Source: Takakia lepidozioides
Taxonomy: Eukaryota > Plantae > Bryophyta
Direction: 5' to 3'
Assembly: GCA_030704615.1 (NCBI GenBank)
Contig: CM060734.1
Span: 59,086,001-59,150,000 of the forward strand
Length of the DNA stretch: 64,000 bases
Part shown: positions 52,107-62,061 of the stretch, in pieces
How positions within the stretch are numbered: the stretch's first letter is position 1
Layout of the letters: the number at the start of each line of letters is the position of its first letter
Notes under the pieces: model-generated
What the model saw: the letters and a program-made list of their open reading frames with translations, nothing else
Told to the model about the DNA's origin: nothing
Database searches by the model: none
Position numbers and translations under genes: made by a program

Positions 52107-52429
52107 CTAAGTGAATGAAAGTTGGGTGTTAGTAGCGGTTAGAATGTTTTCCATGCATGTTCGGGTATACACTTGATCTAACAGGGCCGGTTCCATTGAG
52201 TGCCAAAGGAAGGGGGCTGCTATTTCATGAGCGGCATGAGCATGAGCGGGAAAAAGAAAAACATGAGCGGACCATTGTGTGTCCACGGAAATAGGGTTAG
52301 GAGGCACAGAAATAGGGTCATATGAAGTTGGAATTTGGCACCAATGGACTCAGCATAGCAATGAAATGCAACATCAAGGGATGCATACATGCCACATCGT
52401 CCACCATGCTCTATATTGTTTGTAGGAAA

Positions 52430-53470
52430 CCGGCCAAACCGTCGTTGCGGAATTTGAACGTAGACCCTCTCTTCACAAAACATTATGCCTCAAACACCAA
52501 TGTCTGCACATTGGTGTTTGAGGCAACTCCAGGGTCAAGTTCAGATACACCACAATATGAAGTGAATGCAATAGATTGATAACTTACACTTTGGCCCTCT
52601 GTTCGCAACCCCTGCGTATTGATGTAGAACCATTTTTTGAGGAGGACCGGGATGACACTTTTCGGTGTCCACTTTGCCACAACATTGTCTGTGGTCTTCC
52701 CTCTTGTGGCAAGGACCACCATACATCCACCGTCATCCAAGAGCATCCCCGCCAGCCCAAACCCGGCTCTCCAGTAGTCCTCAGTAAACCTGTTCCAGGT
52801 GGGCACACCATCCAGGCCTTCCAGCAGCTCCCCATCTGGAATATCGAGGAGAATCATATCGCAAGCTCTCTCCACCTCACCCCCCGAGTGCTCTTGCAAT
52901 CCGTGCTCATAGCCGTGAAGACTTCCATCATGGATTTGAAACCAGGGGTGTCTTTAGGCTCTGTACTGGGAGCCCTCTTCTTGGCTTTCACCTCTTTCTA
53001 TACAAGTGGGTCCTAACTGTCATAGCCGGAATGGGCACTACTCTCCTACACCCTCCGAGGAACTTGCCCCACCTTCCTCCTCATCTCCCTCATCCTCCCC
53101 ATCCTCCCCATCCTCCGAGCTCTGAGATGCATCAGTTCCACTATGCCTCTCAAAAATTTCGTCCTCTCCTTGGGGGACTGTCCTCCTCACCTCCTGGGAA
53201 TCTTCTGCCTCTTCTCCCCCACTTTCCTCAGCAGAATCCAAGACAAATCTACGAGCCTGACGGGCTCTTATAGCTGCTGCCTCCTCCCTCATCTTCATTT
53301 TCTTGAGGCTTGCCTCATCTAAAATCTGTTGTACACGACTAGGTTCGGAAGACCTCCTAATGGACACCGAAGCAAGCCGGGCAGCATAAGTAGGAAGGAT
53401 GTAGTCCCTTTCTGGACTAGGCATGAAATAGAGAAAGAGAACGGCTATGTATAAGATTTGACTCTGTTGC
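52430..53470 (-). pseudogene. Amino-MTase-fold N-terminal half (motif IV-like CDMILLDIPDG) preceded by an acidic linker
   Basis: CDMILLDIPDG...WNRFTEDYW..GFGLAGMLLDDGGCMVV resembles the beta-class DLI.TDPPY...L..GG pattern. Homologous to 25143-25350. Confidence 0.7.
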
Positions 53471-53829
53471 AACCGCCATCAGCAATCTTGCAAGTTTTGT
53501 GGCTATCATTTCCAAGAACCTCAATCCCTGAATTGCAGGTAAGTATCTCATGACCTCTTCAATATGGAAGGTGGGGGTATATCCAGATTATAGTTGTACA
53601 GAGGTAGACAATCCTAATGGAGGAAGGCTCTATTAATGCTCTGAAGGATTCATTTTTTGCAGGCTACATTTGAGAGCAGCGCGAGAAGACCTTGTGAAGG
53701 GAAGTTGTTGGAGCAGCTGCAACCCAAGGGGAAGAAAAGAGAGAGGATGACTACGTTTTTTCAGAAATTTCCTTTAGGATAGAACTCAGGACCATGTAAC
53801 CACTGTGCAATTTGGGCACAAGGGACTAC

Positions 53830-54366
53830 ATTGATTCAAGGGATGGCATTGGCATTAGAGCTGATTTTCACACCTCTCTGATAGTCAATGCCGCTGTGGA
53901 CCCTGTTACATATGATGTCCTCTACAACTATGTGCCCCACTCCAGTATGCCGAAGGACACAAAGACAGGCAAACTGTGGCGGTACAGCCAGACCCGGAGC
54001 CCTGCTTTCATCCAAACCCTCATGGAGACGTGCTCGGATGTCCAAGGGCGGATTCTTGACCTCACATGCGGCACGGGTAAGCCTTCACGTGCACAGTTTG
54101 TCCCCTGGCCCGATTGCAATAGCATGTCGCATGCTACTAACCCCCCGCTTTGTCCCTCAGGTGCCTCAATGTGGGCAGGGACGTTGTCCGACAGACATGT
54201 CTTCGCCTTCGAGCCAGATACTGCCCTCCACAACTCCGAACTTGCAGCGGCTGAACGTCTACCGAAAGATGAAGAGACATCTTCGGAGGATGAGGAAGAA
54301 TCCGACAAGGAGCAGGGGGAGGTACAAGTTGGGATCGAGGCCGAGGAGCCCCCGGTTTACGAGTGA
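53830..54366 (+). pseudogene. Amino-MTase-fold C-terminal half (SAM-binding motif I)
   Basis: WRYSQTRSPAFIQTLMETCSDVQGRILDLTCGTG|ASMWAGTLSDRHVFAFEPD, with a GT-AG intron at 54077-54160. This is the typical beta-class K/RP..L...S..G..LD...G.G.T/S..A....R....E pattern. Confidence 0.8.
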
Positions 54367-54529
54367 GTGGTCGCATTGTAAGTTGCCTCCTGATTTCGTG
54401 AGGCACCTCCCTTCACTCTCTGATTTCATTGAAAGACCTTTTTTTGCTTCTGCTGGTATTGACATTCTTAAAGTGGATTTGTTCTTACTGCAGGATGCCA
54501 AGTACTGCAGGACGGACGTCTACACCGCA

Positions 54530-57500
54530 GTTCATGGGCAGGAGGAACGTGCCTTTTTTTGTGCCACCTTCTTCGCCCTGGCAGCCAGAGCGTCAAAGAA
54601 GCTCTCATTGACACATTGGATGATGGTTGGGGGTTCTAGCTTTGGCCTCTTCGGAAACGTCACCGCCGAATACCGCCGTGTAGGCTCGCCCTCAAATGCC
54701 AACTTCTTGGCAGAGCCAGTCCCAGTCCGAACTGACTTGGGAACCCGGACGACCGGTGATTTGGTAGCAGCAACAGCAGCCGTAGGACCTTGCACAAAGT
54801 CGTCGTCGGAGTCACTCCCTTGGGGCCCCTCCTGCGCCTCCTCTGGTGCCCCGGTGGTTTTCTGTTTTTTGGGGGTTACTGTACTCCCCTGTTTCCGTGT
54901 CAATTTCTTTTGTCCTTTATTCTTCTCATTCAATTTCTCTTGAATACCTGCCTGAGCAAGCTCTGCCGCTTTCCTGGACTTGGCAAGCGCTCTTGCCTCC
55001 TTTGGACCTAGCGGAGGCAGCGGAGCCCGGTTTCGTCGAGCCTCAGCATCCAGCTTCAATTGAAACTCGGATGAGTCCAGCGAGCCGGGCGGAAGGTCCA
55101 CATACCAAGGGCAGTCGCGCAAATGTTCCAGATGCCACTCCTTCACGATAACGTCAATGTACATGTCAGCCCCAGGGTTCCTCCATGCGAGGAAGAATGG
55201 CGGCTCGAAGGACAGATGACCTTTCTCCAAAAGAGAGAACTTGCAGTACCTGCATTCAAGAAACACACAGAATGAGGTCCCGGGAACGAGGTAAATTTTA
55301 GAGAATGAAACTGCAAAATAGACACCGAATAGACGCCGAACTGACTAGGCTCGGAAGTGGAAAAATGGCGCCGAATTTCCAGTTTCGGTGCCAACCACCC
55401 CAGGGACTTGGCCATTTTCGGGGCCCTCAACTGGGAATTCGGCGCCATTTTTGCAGATTGGGGCCGAAAATGGCTAAGTCCCAGAACTGACTGGGCCCGG
55501 ATCTAGAAAAATGGCGCCGAATTTCCGAAAATGGCTAAGTCCCAGAACTAACTAGGCCTGGAACTGGAAAAATGGCGCCGAATTTCCGGTTTCGGTGCCT
55601 GCCACTATAGGGATTTAGCCATTTTCGGGGCCCTGAACTGGAAATTCATTTTCCCAGGTTGAGGCCGAGAATGGCTAAGTCCCAGATCTGACTGGGCCTA
55701 CAACTGGAAAAATGGCGCCGAATTTCCAGACTGAGTGCCAGCCACCCCCTGGACAGCCATCCCCCAGGGCCCGAATTCGGAAATTCGGTGCCATTTTTCC
55801 AAGGACCACAACTAATTTTCATGCGCCACATACGGCCTCTTACATCCTCGAAATGTTGGGACTAAAAAGAAAGGCACAGCGTATGTACCTGTACAGAAGG
55901 CGCATTGCCGCTTTGTCCGCGTTCGGCTGGTCGGTGAACTCGTGGCTTTGGCGGGCATAGGGTATCTCTCGAAAGAATAGGTCGGTTTTGTAGAGCAGAA
56001 AGTACCTCGTCACATAGTCGCGTACGCTCTCTGCTTCACCAGAAACCTCCAGCTTGAACTGATGTGCTTGTGTGTTAAGCTGCTCTTGCGCATTCGTCGT
56101 CCCCTGTGGAGATTCTCCATCAGACCGCTTTCCTCAAAAAATACAATAAATCCATCCGATACAAGAGTAGACGCCCCAAATGAAGCGAGGGAAAGTACCT
56201 GAAACCACCATGTCATGCGGTTCATCCACATGTCGAATGTGGGGTCGGACAGTTTGTCGGGTTTGGGGAAGCTCCACATGTCCCTTGTACTTTGGGAACC
56301 ATTCCAGATTTGGAGCCACCGGGTCTGTCCAACCACCCAGCATATTAGTAAGCGCCAAACACCACAAAAACGAATTGCTGCCACGACAATTTGGTTAAGA
56401 ATGTATAACCTTTTCTGTTGCATCCACACAGGATGTGGCTAGACGATGCAGCTTCTCCAATGTCATCGTGGGCTTCAAAGCGCGGGAGTAGTGCTTCCCC
56501 ACCTCCACCACAAAATCGGCACCAAGGGTGGGATCAGCTATGGCTACGTACTTTACCATCCGCGACTTGTACTTGATGCGGGCCTTCGCCTCCGCAGCTT
56601 TGAGATACGATTCCAGTGTCGGGAGGGTTAGTTTCTTCTCCTCTGACTCCATGTAGAACCTCCGCGCATGTGCCAAATCCTGCTGAATTTTCGTCTGTCA
56701 AGAATGCGCACATAAGATTAGAGATCCTGCTCAACACTTTTTCTTCTATTGGGGGAGGAGAGACAGATTAGCTCAACAAAACAGTTAGGAGCTTTACCCG
56801 AAATATGTAGTCCACCATGGCGTCTATGCTCAGCCTATACCAGGTTCTGTCTGCCTTTGCCTCCAACTTGCGCAGGAGGTCGGCACTGAGCGAATTGGCA
56901 AACTCTTGCCCCCCCTGCTTCCCAACATCCTTCACTCGGAAGAACATATGGGACAAGTTGGTGGCAATGAAGGCATTCTCAGTCACCCTGCAATGCCACA
57001 TTTCCATTAAACAATACAGAAATGAGAATTTGCAACAAATATGACGATTGGCAATGAAACGTCTGTTTCAAATTCAAAGTTCCAAAGCAAGAAGCATTAT
57101 AACTTACGAGTTGATGTCTGTCATTGCTGCTTTGAGAAGACTGCGATCTTTGGGCCCCGCAACCTTCAGCACAACACACTCCACGGCGAAATGCCAATGC
57201 AGGTCGTTGGGGTGGGCTTGGGCTATGTACTCCATCCACGCCAGGAGGCGATGATTGCCGTCCCACACGTAGAACATCTTTCCGGACAAGTGCTAGAAAA
57301 GAGGATCAGTAGCAATAAATCTCTCAAACTCCTCATTTCGCCTTTGCCAATGGGGACCCCATTTGTCCACCTCATCGGAAGTGTGGGCACGAGAAGCTCC
57401 GTGGTCGTTCTCCTTAGAAACGTAAAATGCGGCAGACCCCATTCGATATCCCTCCCGGAAAGAGAATTTCAGCTTGTCGATATCGCCTGGGAGGGCAGGT

Positions 57501-58580
57501 CTCACCACCTGCAATGAAACCAAGCGGCAAAGGGGAATCCAAACCTTGGCCGGGTACACCATGCCCCCTAGGACCCTGCCAATGTTGCTGTGGGTTGCCT
57601 CCAACATCTTGGCAGCGGCCAACTTCATATCCGCCTCCAACATGACGTCTGTTGCAGGGGGGTTCTCCGCAACCCACCCGGACCGCCAAATCCAGCCTGT
57701 ATGCTCCGGGTTTGGGGCCTGGGGATGTCCGGGAGGATGTCATCTTGGTCAGAAAGCTCCCTCTCGTCGTCCTCACCATGGTCATCCTCCGGCGGAAGCA
57801 CCTCGAGCACTCTCTCCGTCTCTACTACCCTCTCCCCGGCTTCACCTCGAACTTGCACAATCCGTGCTCTAAAAAACTGTTCTTTCCCCTCCTCCAGTCT
57901 CCACCATATGGGTAATTGCGGGGGCTGCTCTTGCCCGCGATGGTGTAACCGGTGTGTTACTGCCTCTTTGTGGTGTCTTGGAGGGATCCACCGTCTCTGT
58001 GCGTCCCTCACTTACATGGGCATCTGACATTTCGACACCCCTGGCCTCTTCAGTGGCCTTTTCTCTTTCCTCTTGGCTAGCCTTCTGTCTCGCCTGTTCT
58101 TTTGCCCTCTCTTTTGCCCTCTCACGGGCCTTCTGTTTCTTACTAAGGGTAGCAGCAGGGGAGGCCTCTAGGACGACCACCTCTGATTGAGGCGAACTGA
58201 CACCCTCGCGCGCCCTGCTCACTCCCCCCTCCGCAGCCCGTGATGGCTCTCTCGCCGGGGATTGCATGTGCTTGGCTTTCTTCTTCTTCTTTGCGTGGGC
58301 GGGCCCTACTGCATGTGCATCAACATCCTCCATTGCCGGATCTGCTGTCCTCATCCGACGCCCTTCACCTGCCATGCCGCCTGCACCAACCTCCCCAATG
58401 CATATTCTGTCGTACTCTCGCTGCAGGTCCTCCCGTCCACCAACAAAAGGATTTAGTTTGCCCTCCCGCCCCAAGTTGGGCGATCCAAACATGCGATGAG
58501 TAGCGGCTTTTGGAGTGACTGCTCGAGCAGTTGGAGCTGTCGATGATACCACCAGCGCGTCGGGCTCGTCGTCACTCTGT
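54530..58580 (-). pseudogene. Multi-exon gene with a ParB/Srx-like domain (5' part of the ParB-MTase gene)
   Basis: IPLCRLVSLQVVRP...FYVS...FYVWDGNHRLLAW (ParB/Srx DGxHR motif) after a long disordered N-terminus. It has GT-AG introns including 55888-55250, one in-frame TAG and frameshifts. Confidence 0.78.
55340..55800. repeat. Intronic cluster of palindromic GGAAAAATGGCGCCGAATTTCC motifs in both orientations
   Basis: Cores at about 55359, 55433 (reverse), 55506, 55566, 55706 and 55779 (reverse). Confidence 0.9.
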
Positions 58581-58759
58581 CATCCCCAAAAATCGTGAGG
58601 GCCAACATCGGAATGAAAATCACCATCGCAACAAGCAGCGCAACCACCATCGCAACAATCGTGGAACAACAATGAAAACAAATCCAACCAATGCCTAAGA
58701 ATGACATGCACAAGCAGCCTTCTCCAGAGCTGTCGGCTTTGCACACGTATTGCAAACTA

Positions 58760-59075
58760 TCTAAGGTTCACTCAACCAGTAACTTGTAGAAATCAACATG
58801 AAACATGATAAACAAATGAACACGAATTCCATAAGATGGGAAAACAGGGTGAAATGTTTTGAAGGCACTTCATCTGGTCAGACAATCTTCTCAGCTCAGC
58901 ATGGATTTCCTTAATTCCGATATGCAACCTGTTATCTACAGCGAGGTGTGCACCCTGTTGCAAATCTGAATGCAGCAACGACTTGGCTCTTTTCTAACCA
59001 CTCTGACCTTGATCATTCTTCTCAACAACTCATGCTTTTGCGATGCAACCATGCGCTTCCAGGGCTGCCAGACTG
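58760..59075 (-). pseudogene. PPR E2/E+ fragment with downstream leader-derived sequence
   Basis: RRMIKVRVVRKEPSRCCIQICNRVH..LHIGIKEIHAELRRLSDQMK, which aligns with 6590-6970. Confidence 0.85.
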
Positions 59076-59578
59076 AAGATGCGAAAACAAATAAAAAAAA
59101 ACGAAGAAAACCGGACATGTTACACAAAGCGAAAGAGGAAGGGGCTTGCCTGAGAGCGCTCGGCTTCAGTTGGCGCGGGCTGTGAGCAAGACAATGGAAT
59201 CTCCTGCTGGAGCTTAAGTTTGGCCATGCGAGAGGTTGGACGTCGCCCGTAGTACAAAGCCTTCAGCTTCCGCCGCGGTCTGGATGTGGGGTTTCTCTCA
59301 GGAGAGCCACGCCCTTCTCCACGCGGCATAAGTCCCAGCAAAAGAAAAAAGATCTCGCAGTATGTGTGCGTACATGCCTCGAATAGAAGTTCATCCAAGT
59401 TTAGCATCAGGTTTCCAAGGCATATCCAGGAAACAAGCGCGGAATCCCTGTGTCTAAAGCCCGGTTCAAAACCGACGGCGGACGACATTTAATGCCCAAC
59501 TGCGCCATTAAATGTCGTAGGTATGGAGATCAGTCACAGGCGCCCACCCTCCCCCCGAGACTTCGTCAATCGCCCGCT

Positions 59579-59860
59579 GGATGGAAAAAATCGGCGCCGA
59601 ATTTCCATCCAGCGGATGAAGTATGACACAACGAGGCCCTCCCTCGGCCCAAGCCGTTCTCATCCAGGAGACGCCGGATGGAAATCTGGCGCCGCATTTC
59701 CATCCTGCAGGTAATTCGGAGCGCGGCGGATGGAAATCCGGCGCCGAATTTCCATCCTAGAGGTATTCGGAGCACGGCTGGATGGAAATCCGGCGCCGAA
59801 TTTCCATCCTGCAGGTAATTCGGTCCACCTCATCGATGGAAAACCAGCAACGAATTTGTC
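59579..59860. repeat. 52-bp-period array of the GGATGGAAATCCGGCGCCGAATTTCCATCC palindrome
   Basis: Cores at 59579, 59676, 59728, 59780 and a degenerate one at 59834. Confidence 0.9.
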
Positions 59861-60001
59861 TTTAGCGGACCAGAATGGTGGGAATAACGTGCCAAATGTG
59901 GCCTGTAGGCAAAAAACTCCAAGTTTAGTGTGTAGCCAGACAAAAAAACGCGAAAAACTTGATGCAATGACTATAAATTGTTGAGGAAGTGCCGATACGG
60001 G

Positions 60002-61192
60002 CTTCATCCGGCCGGCCTCGGATGGAAATTCGGCGCCATTTTTCCATCCGGGGGATGTACTCTGTCGGCCAGGTGTCGGCCTCTCCCCCTGAAACGACTT
60101 CATCGGGCCGGCCTCGGTTGGAAATTCGGCGCCGTTTTTCCATCCGGGGGATGTTGTCGGCCAGGTGTCGGCCTTTCCCCCCGAGACGACTTCATCCGGC
60201 CGGCCTCAGTTGGAAATTCGGCGCCGTTTTTCCATCCGGGGGATGTTCTCTGTCGGCCAGGTGTCGGCCTCTCCCCCCGAGACGACTACATTCGTGCGGC
60301 CTCGGATGGAAATTCAGCTCCATTTTTCCATCCGGGGGATGTTCTCTGTCGGCCAGGTGTCGGCCTCTCCCCCCAAAACGACTTCATCCAACGGGCCTCG
60401 GATGGAAATTCGGCGCCATTTTTCCATCCGGGGGATATTCTCTATCGGCCAGGTGTCGGCCTCTCCCCCCGAAACGACTTCATCCGGCCGGCCTCGATTG
60501 GAAATTCGGCGCCATTTTTCCATCCGGGGGGATGTTCTCTGTCGGCCAGGTGTCGGCCTCTCCCCCCAAAACGACTTCATCCGGCCGCCCTCGGTTGGAA
60601 ATTCGGCGCCGTTTTTCCATCCGGGGGATATTCTCTGTCGGCCAGGTGTCGGCCTCTCCCCCCGAGACGACTACATCCGTGCGCCCTCGGATGGAAATTC
60701 GGCGCCGTTTTTCCATCCGGGGGATGTTCTCTGTCGGCCAGGTGTCGGCCTCTTCCCCCGAGACGACTACATCCGTGCGCCCTCGGATGGAAATTCGGCG
60801 CCGTTTTTCCATCCGGGGGATGTTCTCTGTCGGCCAGGTGTCGGCCTCTCCCCCCGAAACGACTTCATCCGGCCGGCCTCGGTTGGAAATTCGGCGCCGT
60901 TTTTTCATCCGAGGGATGTTCTCTGTCGGCCAGGTGTCGGCCTCTCCCCCTGAAACGACTTCATCCAGTCGGCGTCGTTTTTCCATCCGTGGGATGTTCT
61001 CTGTCGGCCAGGTGTCGGCCTCTCCCCCCGAAACGACTTCATCCGGCCGGCCTCGGTTGCAAATTCGGCGCCGTTTTTCCATCCGGGGGATGTTCTGTGT
61101 CGGCCAGGTGACCGATTCACCCCCGAGACGACTTCGTACGACCGGCCTCGGATGCAAATTCGGCGCCGTTTTTCCATCCGGGGGATGTTCTC
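60002..61192. repeat. 96-bp tandem array (about 13 units), each with a 30-bp palindrome
   Basis: ggatggaaattcggcgccRtttttccatcc at 60020, 60116, 60208, 60304, 60400, 60496, 60593, 60689, 60785, 60881, about 60970 (partly deleted), 61055 and 61150. Confidence 0.97.
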
Positions 61193-62061
61193 TAGCAGGC
61201 ACGTGGGGCCGTCACCCTCCGATTGGACGTCCTGTCGAAGTAAATTCTGCGCCTCATTCCTGGGTAAGGTTATATTGAATGGTGCTCTTTTCCTTTGCCA
61301 CTTGCCCGACCTTCGCTCGTGACCCACGCGTTTCAAACCGAGACAACAACAACACTTCCTCGCTCCGAGCTCCTCATCTTCCCCACACTCCCCCTTACCA
61401 AAAAAAACCCTCTCTGCTTCCTGGCAGCCCTTTCAGTAGTCCTCGATGACGTGCCAGGATCCCATTAACTGCCCAAACAAGAATCGCACCCCGTGGGACT
61501 TCTCGCCCAAGTCAGGGGATATTTTCATATACTTGCAGGATTGGATAGACCACTCTCAGCAGGAGGGTGAACCTGTCCGCTCTTGAGTACCTTCCTGGCT
61601 TCCACGATGAGCCTCGCGGGGACTTTTTGCGCAATGTTGCATTTTGTTGTATGTTGACTTTTGGCAGCGAGGTTCTGGCACTCAATCTTGTAATCAGACC
61701 CACTGGAATGCCACCTCTGTCAGTTCCCTCTGTCCATGGGGAAGGTGCTTGCACGCTCGCCCCCCCACGCTTCTTGTCAGACGCCGTAATGATTGGTTTG
61801 CACAGCGCATCTGCACAGGTCATATACCTTCTGACTGCATACCGTTGGCAGTTATTGCGCAAAGGCCAGGGGCCGCATTCCGCAGACAAGGTTCATTAAC
61901 TCTCTGACAGTGGATTTTCGGGAGAGTGGGCTCCCCGGATTCGTGAATAGGCTTTGTCGCTTGCAAAAATCGGCCCTGCATTCCTTCCCCTCGCTGCATC
62001 CCCCCTTCTCCCAGGGCGCTTGTCCGAATGTCGTCCTGGCAGTCTTGTGTGCACAACTCCC

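Noticed and set aside
53888-54943. 351-aa plus-strand ORF
   Set aside because: It is off-frame to the MTase exon and antisense to the 54532-55266 exon, so it is a GC-rich shadow ORF
52430-58580. Bacterial or phage contamination, or recent HGT, of a ParB-methylase operon
   Set aside because: The gene has GT-AG introns, a long disordered N-terminus, a diverged paralogue at 24-26 kb and embedded plant PPR fragments
59579-61192. CRISPR-like array (palindromic repeat plus spacers)
   Set aside because: The spacers are near-identical copies rather than unique sequences, there are no cas genes, and the context is eukaryotic
59978-61336. Long repetitive ORFs (377, 429, 262 and 240 aa)
   Set aside because: These are a by-product of a GC-rich 96-bp unit (a multiple of 3) open in several frames on both strands, and unit indels switch frames freely
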